Shown piece by piece: positions 42,608 through 56,711 of a stretch of 64,000 bases of DNA. The stretch comes from Eledone cirrhosa (lineage: Eukaryota). The notes beneath the pieces were generated by a model, which was not told the origin of the DNA, made no database searches, and saw only the letters and a list, made by a program, of their open reading frames with translations. Each line of letters begins with the position of its first letter. Within the stretch, counting starts at the first letter, position 1. The position numbers were made by a program, and so were the translations under genes. The DNA lies in NCBI GenBank assembly GCA_964016885.1, contig OZ024742.1:67766001-67830000 (forward strand), written 5' to 3'.

Positions 42608-44066
42608 GGTTATGTGACCACCCCACCCCCACTCCTGTGCCCCTCGCATACATCCCCCGCAATTAAATACCCTAATTTTCTATATTAATCATATAATCTC
42701 TAACACATAAATACTAAATTGCATATGAATATGAAACATTTGATCATATTTCAATGTAGAAACCGAGTTTAAAGATAGCAAAAACATTGAGATATAAGAC
42801 AGTTGGTAGATAGGTACCCTTCCAACATGGTAAAATTACAACTCTTCAATATGTGTTAAATTAATTTTTTTTTTTTTTAGAAAATGTATCCATTTGTTAA
42901 ACGATTTTCTTTTGTTTTTCAGATTATTTCAAAGCTAAATCATATTATAATTTTACAAAAGTACCTACATAAATTTAAGCTGTAATAATTTAACTATATA
43001 ACATTATATAATTGTTTCTACTTTTGGCACAAGGCCAGCAATTATCCCAGTGCATTACTGCTACTTTATTTTATTGACCCCGTAAGGATGAAAGGCAAAG
43101 TTAACAAAATTATACAAGGCAACTAGAAGTAAAAGCCGCAATCCAGCATTAGGAATTCCTGCAGAATTTCCGACAGCAATGACCCAATCAAAGGTTGATG
43201 TATTCCGACATTATTCATACATAAGAAAACGTGAAGAACAGATATAAAAAATGTAACCCACAGCGAAAGAATGCTACCGAATTGTTGCTGCAGATGTGCA
43301 AACAATATGGGACCAATTTTCTTTTCATTATATTGGATTTGAGGGAATAGCTCTAAAAATTGAGAGATTGAATGAATCTGCTTATAAATTTATCAAAATA
43401 CCTATCAAGCAAAGAGGAGATAATTTTGGTAAGAAATTAGAGGAGTTCAATGATATGTTTGATATATGCACGCGCACGTGTTATGACAAACACATAAATA
43501 GATCTGATGGTAGGTGTCGCATAAGGAAAGCAATACCTCTTCTCTGTCAAAGCAAAGGAGTCGAGCATGCTCTCAATTTAGTGGCAAAGGCTTCTGAAGT
43601 CAGAATAGGCTACGAAAATAGGCACATATTCATATTAAATGTACAGAAAGCAAGTCAAAGTTCATCTCACTTTGACTGGAAATGACAATGATCATTTAAT
43701 TAAATAGTAAATACTATTAATGCTTAATTTATGGTGTTCACTGTTGAGGTATTTCGTTTGAGGTTCGTGCATAGTTTAATTTATTACATATCATAATAGT
43801 CATTAAAAATTACATTGTTTATATGTTGAAAGTGCTTTTCTTAATATAGGCTTTTTTTTATAATAAAAATTCAATACAAACTATATAAATAAATAGATTC
43901 CAATAACTGTTTTTTCAGGGGGGGGGGAGTTGCATATAATTTATAAAAAGTTACATAGGTAATATTTAACCAATACAAAGTTAATAGCATTTTCAGTATT
44001 CAATTTTCAGTATTCAAAACGCAGAATTGGGAGAGGGGGTGCGAGGTGTAGGGTGATTGCATCCTT
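42608..44066 (+). mobile_element. Internally deleted DNA transposon, hAT (hATm)-like
   Basis: ORF 43296-43685 fuses an FDICTRTC motif to CQSKGVEHALNLVAKAS..GYENRH (resembles the PCHxQxVER..AS C-terminus); weak inverted termini. Confidence 0.5.
43008..43105 (-). mobile_element. SINE 3' half
   Basis: Matches the SINE tail and Meta-like domain in reverse complement. Confidence 0.8.
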
Positions 44067-44307
44067 TTTAAAATTTGTCAATTTATTTCTCACACCGCAA
44101 TATGTTAATTTATTTCTCACACCATGCAATATGTGGAATCAAGATATAGAATTTTCACCCCCGGTAATATGCAGTATATTTACGTATAGTCATATCAAAG
44201 CCTTTATCTGTGAATTTTGGAACCTGATGGCTAGGGTTATCAAGTGGATTCAAGCAGACGCAGGAGCGGGTAATCTGTTGATAGTCGAGTCGACACTCTC
44301 TCTCCCA

Positions 44308-44349
<42 letters not shown>

Positions 44350-44459
44350 CCACATATATATACACCCATATACCCACATATACCCATACACACATTCACA
44401 CACTCACATACAGACACTCATATATATATATATATATTATATATATATATATGTGTGTG

Positions 44460-44577
<118 letters not shown>

Positions 44578-44659
44578 AAGTAAATACAAAGTTTAGATGA
44601 TAGAGTCCTTTATTGATAAGGCCGTCGTGCATAATTCGGGAACTGGCATTCGATGATTC

Positions 44660-45420
44660 GATTGCACCTGGTCGCATACCACACATTTACCTTTGGACTA
44701 TTTCGTTAAAATTCCCTAGACACATGGGGATGTTCTGATCCCCAGATTCTCACATTATGTGTGTTTAGTTTCCTTAAAACATGAAAGGTTGCCTCATCAC
44801 TAAAACAAACTCGGGTGAAGAACGTTTCCTCCTCAGAAATTCGTTCCAGCATGTTAATTGCAAACACTTTTCGTGTTGGTTTATCATTAGGCTCGTGTGC
44901 CTGTAAAATTGCATTTTGTGAGGCTACAATCGCAAGTTCTTGTAGGACATTTTCTACTATTTAACGTGGCAGCTGTAACTGCCTGGCAGCAGTACGGATA
45001 TGGACTTTGTAAGAGAACGCTGAAAGGCTTGTCTTACACGGTCGATGTTTTCCTCAGATGTTCTTGGTCGTCCACTTATCTCTTTATCCGACACTGTCCC
45101 TGTCCTCATAAATTTCTTGTGCCATGCATGATTGACGAACATGACGGTCGATCTCTTACATACTTAATTCTGTAGTTTCGTTGAGTCTGCGTATCCCATT
45201 TTGTTTCAATAAACCATGACATTGTGACTTTTCTTGAGGAGTAGCAATTTTTTAGGCGTTAATTTAACAGTACCTCTTTCGTCAGCGGGATATCGGAAAT
45301 ACACAGATGCAATGTGATTAAAAACGTTGATAACTACTGAGTGCATAGAACGAAGCTGATTAAGATATCTCATCAATTGCCTTTGTAATATATTTTTTAA
45401 AGACACTTTACTGACACCCT
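44660..45420 (-). mobile_element. Tc1/mariner transposon 5' part, degenerate
   Basis: WHKKFMRTGTV..SGRPRTSEENIDRVR, CFSDEATFH, HNVRIWGSEHP, SPKVNVW; TIR-like TA-TAGGGTGTC abutting (TA)n. Confidence 0.85.
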
Positions 45421-45505
45421 ATATATATATATATATAAACGCACACACATACATACACACACAGACGGACAGGAAAGTTTAATTTAGAATTTTAATTCTT
45501 GCCAA

Positions 45506-45576
45506 AGCACTATACATATTTCGATGATGCATTATATTACATTATGGTGCAAGACTAGACGATGTCATCAGGTGTT
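45506..45576 (-). ncRNA. HHR motif with intact core but poor stem II
   Basis: Minus: AACAC-CTGATGA-...-GAAA-TATGTA-TA-GTGCT. Confidence 0.5.
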
Positions 45577-45717
45577 ATTTGCAGAATTATATGACAGTAT
45601 GACGCTAAATCTATACAGAGCTTAGAAGATAGAAGTTAGAATAAAGAAAATAGAAAATAGCGGTACGATTTCATTCCAGGACAGTCTGTTAATTTAGTGT
45701 TATGTCGATAGCAGACG

Positions 45718-45802
<85 letters not shown>

Positions 45803-45823
45803 GCTCTCTCTCTCTCGCTCTCG

Positions 45824-45876
<53 letters not shown>

Positions 45877-45916
45877 AAAGAATACAAGAGCGTCTACAAC
45901 ATCAAAAGATTTTTAT

Positions 45917-45965
45917 TGGCTTACAATGTTTCTTCCTTACGTAACCGTAGGATTTGTCAGAGCTA
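45917..45965 (-). ncRNA. Degenerate HHR (CTGACAA core)
   Basis: Minus: TAGCT-CTGACAA-ATCCT ACG gtta CGT AAGGAA-GAAA-CATTG-TA-AGCCA-ATAAAA. Confidence 0.6.
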
Positions 45966-47035
45966 TAAAAGGGGTTTGATTGGTGTTATGGACTCTACCA
46001 ACCAAACATTCAAGAACAAAGAGTAAAGAGAGTAAAGAGCAAAAGTAGGGGACGAGAGTAAAGAGCAAAAGTCTAAATTTGGTGCGGGAGGGTGGGGTGT
46101 GGGTCCGTGTTTACTAGCTGCGGTCATATTCATTCCCGGGAGTCGAGTGGTTAGCTGAACCATAGATGGGGTGGCGTCGATAGTATGGTGCAGAGGGTGT
46201 GCAGAGGCTACACAAACACAAAGGGCATACAATATATATATATATATAGCGGAGGAGAAAGTGCATGAGGTAATTAGAAATTGAAAAAGAGTAATAATAA
46301 TAATCTATAATTAATAATGTATAATTAATAATGTATAATAAGGCATGGGGAATATTACACTATAATAAGGTATAAAAGTAAGAATAAGGTAAAATATAAA
46401 GGAGGATAAAAGTGGAAATAATAAAGATAAAAAATATATATGTAAACAAATATATTGAGAAATAAAGAAATATAAGCGAGTATTTGGAGGGGAAAACACA
46501 ATGTAAAAAAACCGATTTTTTCAAATAAAAATAAAAATATTATGATTATGGGGGGGAGAAAACGGGATAGAGAAATATGATCAAATGTGATTAGTTGAGA
46601 GAATATAAGATGATAATAGTTATGTCAAGTTTATACATCTTAATAATAAATAATCTGTGTATCAGAGTTACAGAACCTTCAATTCACTTACAGGTTCAAG
46701 CCACGTGGCATAGTCCATTGTTTATCTGTGCGGTCATGCGCGTTTGTCTTTGACACCACAGCAGATGCACAAGTTCGTAAATTCCAATGCAGGTAGAAAT
46801 CTATTTTTGCTCACCCGGACATTGACGGAGGATCCAATATTCCTAGTTTAATATGTGTGTGGTGTTATTTTGGTCGCACAAATCAATCACTTGGTTCAAT
46901 ATTATGGAGTATGGTTTTCTGGTCTTCGTAACAATGTCAGTGGTTGTATATCTCGAAATCACCAGGATCAGAGTACTCCGGTTTGGTGTGATTATCGGTC
47001 ATTCAGCTATTAACCTAAGTATTATATATATAGTA

Positions 47036-47292
47036 ATAATAATAAATTTGAAGATTAAAATCCAAAGAGGGCTCGATAAGGATAAATATATATCAAATAT
47101 ATAAGAACCATCGAGCAAATATTTATTAAAATAAAAGATTAAAGTTTAAGCAAAGAATCGCTGGTTTCACCCTTAACGGGATCTTCTGAAACTAACAAAG
47201 TCAATCTGTAAACGCAGAAGTGGATATTTCAAAAAACGTTGCAACCGGAGGAAGACAGGAAGACGATACTTTGGTTCATGGAAACGTTCCCT
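47036..47292 (-). mobile_element. Solo pLTR of the 9276-10045 PLE family, with CAGAAGA HHR-like motif (47143-47193)
   Basis: Highly similar to the reverse complement of 9784-10045. Confidence 0.85.
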
Positions 47293-48074
47293 GGCAAAGA
47301 ACGGGAAAAAACGAATATAATACGTCATTAATAGGAGCGGTGAAAAACAATTACACGCATAGACAGGACCAGGTTTATGGTATAAAAGAAGTCGTAGACT
47401 TACACATTACTGCTACTACTTTCAACAAATTCCAATACTGAATCGCATTAGACAGATTTAGTCGTAATCGGAAACTATGTTCGCCGGAATCCTTTTTCTG
47501 TCGGTACATTTAAAACATGCCATCAAAATATAACATTGAGAATTTGATTAACTAATCTTTCAGGTTTGATAAGACTTCTGCTTTTATCTAAATACTCCAC
47601 CCACATTGTCGATTGATTGTGGTCGGTTTCCCCGAAAATAACTTACTTTGATATGAAAGCCTACACTGTGTTGATTATCTGTATGGAATTAAAGCGGAAA
47701 GCAAGTGATCTCTTCATTTATTTTCTTTTGTCAATGTATTTTTAATTTCAGCATCAAATTCCGTCATTGAGACAGAGATGGCGACAAGTGACTGGGTTTA
47801 ATTTGATACGTATGAGAGAAAATAGATGAAAGATATCATATACACATGGTGTGTTGTATTAAATTATTTTGTGATGGAAACGAGAATAATAGGGTGATAT
47901 TTGATACAGGAACGCTGAGTGGTTGGCATCGCGGTAATATTGCATATAGCGATCATAATCAACAGACAGCTATGTTCATGAGGCATATAGTTATAGATAT
48001 CAAACATATCGATTTGTATACAACACAGACAGACGCACACTTAACCATATACATTCATACAAACACGCACACAG

Positions 48075-48177
<103 letters not shown>

Positions 48178-48228
48178 CATATACATATATATATATATAT
48201 ATACATATGTATATATAGATATATATAG

Positions 48229-48273
<45 letters not shown>

Positions 48274-48514
48274 TATATGTATATATATATACATATATAC
48301 ATACACATATGTGTGTGTGTTTGTGTGTGTGTGTACATACATATAATATGAGAGTGACGAAATAAAAATTAGATACATAACAGCCACATCTCTGCTTGTC
48401 CTGTTTATAATGTGTTTTAGTTATTGTTAGTATTGTTCTTGATTCAGTCAAATTATATCTTCGTCTACGTTAATACAATCATATAAATAATAGATAGGTA
48501 CACAGATACACATA

Positions 48515-49560
48515 CTGTGTTGCCGTAACTGGTTCAGTCAGTCCTCGTTGTGCCACTTTAAACGTTTTGGCAGTCTGCAGTCGCAACTGGTCTCTATCTT
48601 CTGTAATGCGCAGATTCTGAAATCTTCAGTCTCTATTTTCGGAACCGGATTTTCTCTGTGTCTCTTCTCCCCGCCTTAACTGTGACCTGGAGATTACATT
48701 AGCACAGGATGTCTTCATGGGATATGTTACCGTACCAACCGAGCATCCATCATTTTACTGTCGCAAAAAGTGGTTCTTGCCTGGCAACATATTTGTTGAC
48801 TTGCTGCTTGACAAAGCTGCTTGCATTTTGCCCTGTGTATTTTACATTTTTTCTTTTTTTCATTTCATGTCAGTTGTGAGAGACTATGTCACCTGGGATT
48901 TGAGCATCGTTGGAAAACTAATAAAACTACATTTCCATATGATATTTAACTTAGACTTATCGTTTAATGCCTTACATAGTTCTATATTCATGTCCTTTAT
49001 TCAGTCGGCTGCCTTTGGTTGAATTCGATACTTAGTAGTTTACGTTGTCTCCTTCATCACGCTCTCCTCTGTCCATCATGATGCTAGTTACAATAATCTA
49101 GTTATGTCTATTAACCATTTTCTGAGCTGACCTACAGTACATATGCTGATAGCACACTTTCCAGTCTGCTGGTGTGTTGCAGAGTACTAATTCACTGCCT
49201 CTCGTCTTTATTAAGTCGTCAACAAAGGCCTGTCGTACAATAGAAATAAAGGTGTGAAGATCCAGAAGTGTCCTTTGCAGGATGATCTCCAGGAAAATTT
49301 AAAAAATAAAGCAGATGTCTTGTCCAACACTAACTTTCGTCTTTAAGATATTCAGATGTTGTAAATATTAAAGTTTTTAGAAGTTAATGAAATGATGATA
49401 GGCGTCACAATTGTAGATGCATATTCCTTCCAAGGATTTCTTTAGCATTGTCATATTCTTTCCAGATTTGCTAATTCATATTACAGTATCGCTGCTTTTG
49501 AAAATGACTTATTAATTTGATCTGCTTCAGGTGCCGTCGCATAGCACGTAGGTTCAATAT
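48515..49560 (-). mobile_element. Old RTE/BovB-like LINE fragment
   Basis: Degenerate LRYADDT-like sequence near 49535-49552, a WYG motif near 48730, and a BovB-like 3' end. Confidence 0.45.
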
Positions 49561-50402
49561 GTCATTGGTGACCTATGGTCTCATTCTTTTTCTTCCCTTT
49601 CCTCCTTTCCTCGGGAATATAATTGCTCCTTTCATATGGGATCATCGTCTGTATATATATTTATAGAGAGAGAGAAAGTTGTTAGTAACAGGTGGGAGAA
49701 TAGTCCCCTATACTAGAAATGGAATATGTATAATTTAATTTTGCTAGCTGAAAGTCGAAGGTCATTCGTGTGACTAGGAAACATTTCCTCAGTCAGCTAT
49801 ATTAGACAATGCACTGTTTCTACTCTCACATGTAATCAATAAGCATAAACGCATCCACCCAGTGCGTTATAAACTTAATAAATGCATTCACAGACACACA
49901 TGCACACACAAAACAAACATCACACATGCATACACAAACACAAACATCACACATATATACATACATATTATCACACATGTGCCCGTGCATATGTAACTCA
50001 CATCCTCATAAAGACTTACAAATGTATACAAATATACACACATGGTCACACATATATACATAAAAAGATACATATATTGATATGTACATACTGATGTGAG
50101 ACCTGAATGTAAATATAAACATAGCCATGAGCTGAATAAATATTTCTTTCGCTTGTAATAAAGAACAAAATATATTAAAGAACCATGACGTGAATAAATA
50201 TGTCGGTATAAGCCCGAAGAAATTAGAGTAAAGTTGATCTATTTTCTAACTAAATTATATTATTTTGCAGTTCTATGACTGCTTTTACTAACTCAAAAAT
50301 TAATATCTAATACACTGCTTTTTCGACAGACATTACTTTCAAATTCCTTTACACCCGTCTACAAACATATAAGTATATTTTTACATAAAATGTATACATG
50401 TA

Positions 50403-50463
<61 letters not shown>

Positions 50464-51713
50464 GTTATATTAATTACTGTATACGTGTATGAACATATTA
50501 TATATATATATATAGGTGTGTGTGTATGTGTGTCTATGACTGCGTGTGTATGTGTATGTATGTGTGTGTATGTATGTGTATGTATATGTATGTGTGTATG
50601 TATATGTATGTATATGTGTACGTAGGTATGTGTGTGTATGTATATGTAGGTATGTGTGTGTCTATGTGTGTGTCTATGTGTGTATGTGTATGTGTGTTTA
50701 TGTGTGTGTAGAAAGAGAGTAGGGGAGAGTCAGAAAGAGAGAGAGGTGTATGCCGTTGCAGCTATTGCCACTTCCCACCATCTCCCTCCTTCAGTTGACA
50801 TATTTATGAGAAAATCTGTTCTGTGATATTTCTAACTGCCTGTTTGAAGCCATGTGCAAGTATGTGTGCTTTTATCACTCTAATATCATATCTATGGCTA
50901 TATTCACCCAACGAAAATATGTTATTTCATATTTCATATCATATGTCACAATTGTATGGCAAAAGAAGCGCTATATGGTATAGAAAAGCCTGGTCGAATA
51001 CACTTTTACTATAGTTTAGGCCAAGCTAATATGACAAATTGGTAAAATGATTCAAGGCTTGTCATATGTTTCAGCTTTGCATTAATTATTTAACTCACAG
51101 TGAGATCATCCCTGCTTTTGAGCTTTCATGATTGATAAATAAAGTTTAAGTCCTAAGTTGCTTTGTTTGCAGAGATGTTAATGAATTGAATTGGATATAC
51201 TATCGTAATATTTTTGGCTCTGTTCACTCTAGGCTCAAGGGGCAACTCCTGTCATTGAAAAGGTAGTGCTGTTTCTACCGGGATTACCATAGTTTCCTTT
51301 CGTTTTCTTTTCTTAATGATATGAATTCAGTAAAATATATTATGTTGTTGTAGAAAGAACTTGTTTAAAGGTCTCGCTCTCAAGGATGGATACGTTCCAT
51401 CGTAGTGTGTTGAATAATTGGGTTGTATAAAGGTTTGGATATTATATAAACGGAATCAAGGTGTGAAGTAAGAATAAGGAAGCATCATTCTAACTTTCCA
51501 TTGATGGTGGATGGAGATTGGGGAGAGTAGTGTGCTAATTGACTGTTTGGTAACGTCATTCGAAGAATGTCATGGTGATAATTAAACATGAAACATGTAT
51601 GATAATAAGTTGATATACTTGTTTCTATTTTTCTTCTAACTTTCCATACACACTCACACACACACACATACACACACTCTCGCGCACACACACACACACA
51701 CACACATACACAT

Positions 51714-51809
<96 letters not shown>

Positions 51810-52130
51810 CGAAGGACGTGTGGTAAGGAACTAGATGGACCATAACGCACCAGAGTGCTCAATACTTAGGGTAGTAGAATGGGTAATATGAAAATATTTA
51901 ACCCTGACGGCAGAGCTCAAGCCGTTTCGACAGGGTTAAAGGTGTTCATATTTATATCTATATATATATATATAAAATTGCAAGTCTGAAGAAGTATTAG
52001 ATATACTATATATATATATATATATATATGTAATGAAGTTTCCGTTGAAAATTGAAAAAGTCATAGGAGTGAAGAGTGCTCTATGTAAGTACCAGAGCAA
52101 AATTTAATGTATAATAAACAATACAATATA

Positions 52131-52208
52131 ATTACCTCATTACCAGAGGTTTCCCGAATAAGACGAATACGAAAAAAACGTCCTCATTCGTTCGTCGGAC
52201 AAGGTAAT
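52131..52208 (-). ncRNA. Type I HHR, variant core CCGACGA
   Basis: Reverse complement of 54120-54197. Confidence 0.75.
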
Positions 52209-53492
52209 ATAAAACATAGTGAAATATTTGGAAAGTCTCCTCAAGAAATGCAAATAAATATATAAATAAAAGTAATGCAAGAGATATATAAAATATATAT
52301 AAAATCTAAGGAAATATAGTTAGGTGTGTGTATATGTATGTATATACACTCACAAATGTACATATGTATGTATGTACAAATGCATATGTATGGTGAAAAT
52401 GTGTGCGTAAGTACATATATGAGGGCAAGTATATTTGTGTATATGTGACCACAAATACGGATATAATATGAGTTGAAAAAGAAAATGATAATATAGTTGA
52501 CACGCATCCAGATACAGGTATTAGATACACATACGAGTATGAAAGCACGCGTATAAACACACACACACACGCGGTCACTTATAAGCGGAAGATAAAGAAG
52601 GAAGGGAGTGTAATAGTTAAAAGAAAGTGTCATTCTCGATATATGTATCAAAATGAAACAATATATGAGAATGAAAAAATGTTTAAATGAAAGAGAAAGT
52701 AGTCAATTAACACTAGAGAAAAGAAAACAAACACAGGTACGCACGTACATACACATATATCTGTAAAATACATATAACTATAAAAAAATATTTATACACG
52801 CAAATACGTACAGACAAAAGCGCATGCATGCGTACATACATACACACGATGCACGTATATATATATATCGCCCCATGTATATCTAATCACATCTACGTAC
52901 GCGACTATATATATATATATATATACATATACACACATACACATACACACCCATACATACATATACATATATACACACATACACACATACACACATACAC
53001 ATTCACGTACATTCACCTGCTTACACATACACACATAAAAATAAGAGTGTAAAAAACATAGATGTAAAAAACAGATATAAAAACACACATACACACACAT
53101 ATATATACACGCACGCATGCGCACATACGGAGGCGTTCGTGTACATATACAGAACGTATACACACATAAAGACACTCAGACACATAGATACAGAGTATAA
53201 AGCAGCCTTATGAATAAATGTGTACAAATATAAAATCGGCTGCGAAACAACAGAATATATCTGGAGTGGAAAACGCAAGTGACCCATGTAATCACGTAGT
53301 AAAGAAAATAGGGAAGTAAAATGTGGAATGTGAAGATATTAGGTAAGTGAATCGAAGAGTAGGGGGGGTTACTGGTGGATGTGAAGTAAAAAGGAAAATA
53401 AAAATAAGATTAAAAATAAAGTTAAAAATGAAAGTAAATCAGAAAGAGAAGTCTGTAAAGAGAATAATTTAAGGAAAGTGAAGAATAAGAGT

Positions 53493-53990
53493 TTATGGAG
53501 GATAAGTATCTGAAAGTGAGTTAAGTTTATATGAGCTGGAAAGCAAGTGTGGTTTCATGTGTGGGCAACTGGTGAAAATTTCTGTTTTTGTATTTAGGCA
53601 GGTTTTTGGTGATTTAAGGTTTTGTAAAATCCAATATTTTTCACTTATGCAAAGTGTGCATCTTCTTGTTCCTCTTGCATATTCTTTAGATTGGTTCAAA
53701 ATTGACCAATCCAATTTATATTGGATATCTTGGTCTTTCAAATCCCATATTCTGCTAGCCAGAGCTGTTGTGAATCTTTTTTCTGGATGTCGGAAAGGTG
53801 CGACATGTGAGTAATAACGCGTTTTGAATTTGGCTTGTGTCATACCCACATATCGTTCGCTGGTGGCTGGTTGGTTGTTGCTGATGGTTGTCACTTTAGC
53901 CGCATATACAATGGCTTTGGTGTTGCCTTTACCTTGTAATGGGCATTCACTTTTGACTCTACAGGAGCAATTTTGATGTTCTCTGGGTGA
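53493..53990 (-). pseudogene. PLE Zn-linker + GIY-YIG endonuclease (open frame, truncated)
   Basis: CSCRVKSECPLQGKG..IVY..YVGMTQAKFKTRYYSH..ALASRIWDLK..CTLCISEK..LN..CPH. Confidence 0.92.
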
Positions 53991-54119
53991 TTTCTTATTG
54001 ATGATATATTTTATATATCTCTTGCATTACTTTTATTTATATATTTTTTGCATTACTTTTATTTATATATTTTTTTGCATTTCTTGAGGAGTCTTTCCAA
54101 ATATTTCACTATGTTTTAT

Positions 54120-54197
54120 ATTACCTTGTCCGACGAACGAATGAGGACGTTTTTTTCGTATTCGTCTTATTCGGGAAACCTCTGGTAATGAGGTAAT
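54120..54197 (+). ncRNA. Type I HHR, variant core CCGACGA
   Basis: ATTACCTTGT-CCGACGA-ACGAATGAGGACG..CGTCTTATTCGG-GAAA-CC tct GG-TA-ATGAGGTAAT; 10-bp stem I. Confidence 0.78.
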
Positions 54198-54402
54198 TAT
54201 ATTGTATTGTTTATTATACATTATATATATATATATATATAAATCTCCCTTTCGATTGAGATTAAATTTGGCGATATATGGCTGCGCTTTCTAGCAGCAT
54301 GCCCACCCGCCGTAAGCGACCAATCACACGCTTTCTCTCAGCCATTTTTGAATCTAAATTTGGCGCGGTCTGTCTGAGAAATTAAATGTCTATTTCTGAG
54401 TT

Positions 54403-54482
54403 TGTCTCCTGATGATTCCTGACTCCAAGCATATCCATATTATTTGGATGTCCTAAACTAGGAAGAAACCATGTTAGAGATA
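54403..54482 (+). ncRNA. Type I hammerhead ribozyme
   Basis: TGTCTC-CTGATGA-TTCCT..AGGAA-GAAA-CCATGT-TA-GAGATA. Confidence 0.82.
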
Positions 54483-54864
54483 TAATTACGGTATGTGCGC
54501 ATTTCTTCTAAGTTTAATTTTACTACTAATTACGTGCGGTTGACGATGTATTTGATCGGATACTGCATGCTGCCGAAGTGTTAGATAAATGATGAACGGA
54601 GTTAACGCGAACTAGCTGCGGTCAGTTATTTGTCGGAGATTTCCCTGTTAGAAAATTTATTCTTAAAGCTTGCTAGATTTGATTATGTATATGGTTAATT
54701 ATGCTGATTAGAAGAAGAAATAGCATATATTTTAATATCTGATTGATTCTATAGACATGAGTTATGATATATATATATATATATATAGTATATCTAATAG
54801 TTCTTCAGACTTGCAATTATATATATATATATATATAGTATATCTAATAGTTCTTCAGACTTGC

Positions 54865-54935
<71 letters not shown>

Positions 54936-55275
54936 CATGTTTAACCCTGTCGAAACGGCTTGAGCTCTGCCGTCGGGGTTAAATATTTTCATATTAGCCA
55001 TTCTACTACCTTAAGTATTGAGCACTCTGGTGCGTTATGGTCCATCTGGACCATAAATATATATATATATATATATATGTAGATAGATCTACCAAGAGTT
55101 TACGGTAGTGTCCAATCCGTATGAAGAATTCAATGTAATCCGGATATCATGGAAAGAAGAGATGCAATGAAAAGTCACTTTCGGTGAAAGATAAACGGAA
55201 TACAGAGTCAAGATAAAATATTAAAAAAATAATGAATAAAACAATGAAACAGTTCCTTATATTAAACAAAAAAAG

Positions 55276-55429
55276 TTCATTATTTAACGATCGTTTCTAG
55301 GATATATATGTGTTAGAATTGGCATGCGTATTCAACAGATCTATGTACAAAATTATACAAAATTATACAAACTATCAAAATTAAATATACATACCAACAC
55401 ATATATATGCCGTCTTTAGAAATAATGAA
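55276..55429 (-). ncRNA. HHR mirror copy with G5A core mutation (CTAAAGA)
   Basis: Reverse complement of 56712-56865 except CTGAAGA>CTAAAGA. Confidence 0.7.
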
Positions 55430-55668
55430 ATATATTTATTGATAATAACAACAATTCAAAATTACAGGTCTGTTTGGGAACAGAGTTCAAATTGACCAAT
55501 GAAAACACAAAAAGTTTATACAGTTAGGTGTGTGTATATATGTAAGTAACTTCGTTCACAGATATGCATAAAAATATATGTTCACATGCACATATATATA
55601 TATATTTATATATATATATATATGTGAGGGTATGTATGTGTATGTGTGTATATACATGAGTGTGTTTA

Positions 55669-55709
<41 letters not shown>

Positions 55710-55990
55710 CGTGAATGTATATATATATGTATGTGTGTATATATATATATATATATATGTGTATATATGTATATGTCTATGTATTTATATGTGTATATGT
55801 ATGTGTCTCTATATGTATGCGTGTGTGTATGTGTATGTGTATTTATATGGTGTGTGTATGTATATGTATGTGTATGTATGTGTTTATGTATATGTGTATG
55901 TATATGTATGTATATATATATATATGTGTATGTATGTATATATATGTATATGTATGTATGTATATCGATGTATATTTTATATTTTACTTG

Positions 55991-56118
<128 letters not shown>

Positions 56119-56711
56119 CTTAATATTTTTCTTTTATCTTTTTCTTTTTATTTCTAAATTTATAGATACATTTATAAATAGGCAGTTTTGCTGACACCAG
56201 TAAATACTGACCTCTCCCCCCCCCCACCTACTTTCTGTATCTGGATCTAAATATGTGTGGCAGTGTTTATGTGCGCGCATTAATGTCCATATGCTTATGA
56301 TAATGGTATATACACATATATGTGTGTGGGGGTGTGTGTGTGTATGTATGTTCGTGGTTGTGTGTATGTTTATGCGTATACGCGCGTGTGTGTGTGAATG
56401 TATGTATATGTGTGAGTATATGAATGTGTATATATTTATTTTTATATTTATATGTTTATATACGTATACGTATTTTATCTGTAGATTATAAACATACAGA
56501 GACACTAGCCCTGAATTTTTGTATTTACATACATCTTTTCGGCATGCGTATGCATGTGAACATATATTTTTATGCATATCTGTGAACGAAGTTACTTACA
56601 TATATACACACACCTAACTGTATAAACTTTTTGTGTTTTCATTGGTCAATTTGAACTCTGTTCCCAAACAGACCTGTAATTTTGAATTGTTGTTATTATC
56701 AATAAATATAT

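Larger units (their letters stand above)
52031..54223 (-). mobile_element. 5'-truncated PLE with inverted pLTRs (52105-52298 / 54004-54223)
   Basis: GIY-YIG ORF between reverse-complement arms, each carrying an HHR; flanked by (TA)n. Confidence 0.92.
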
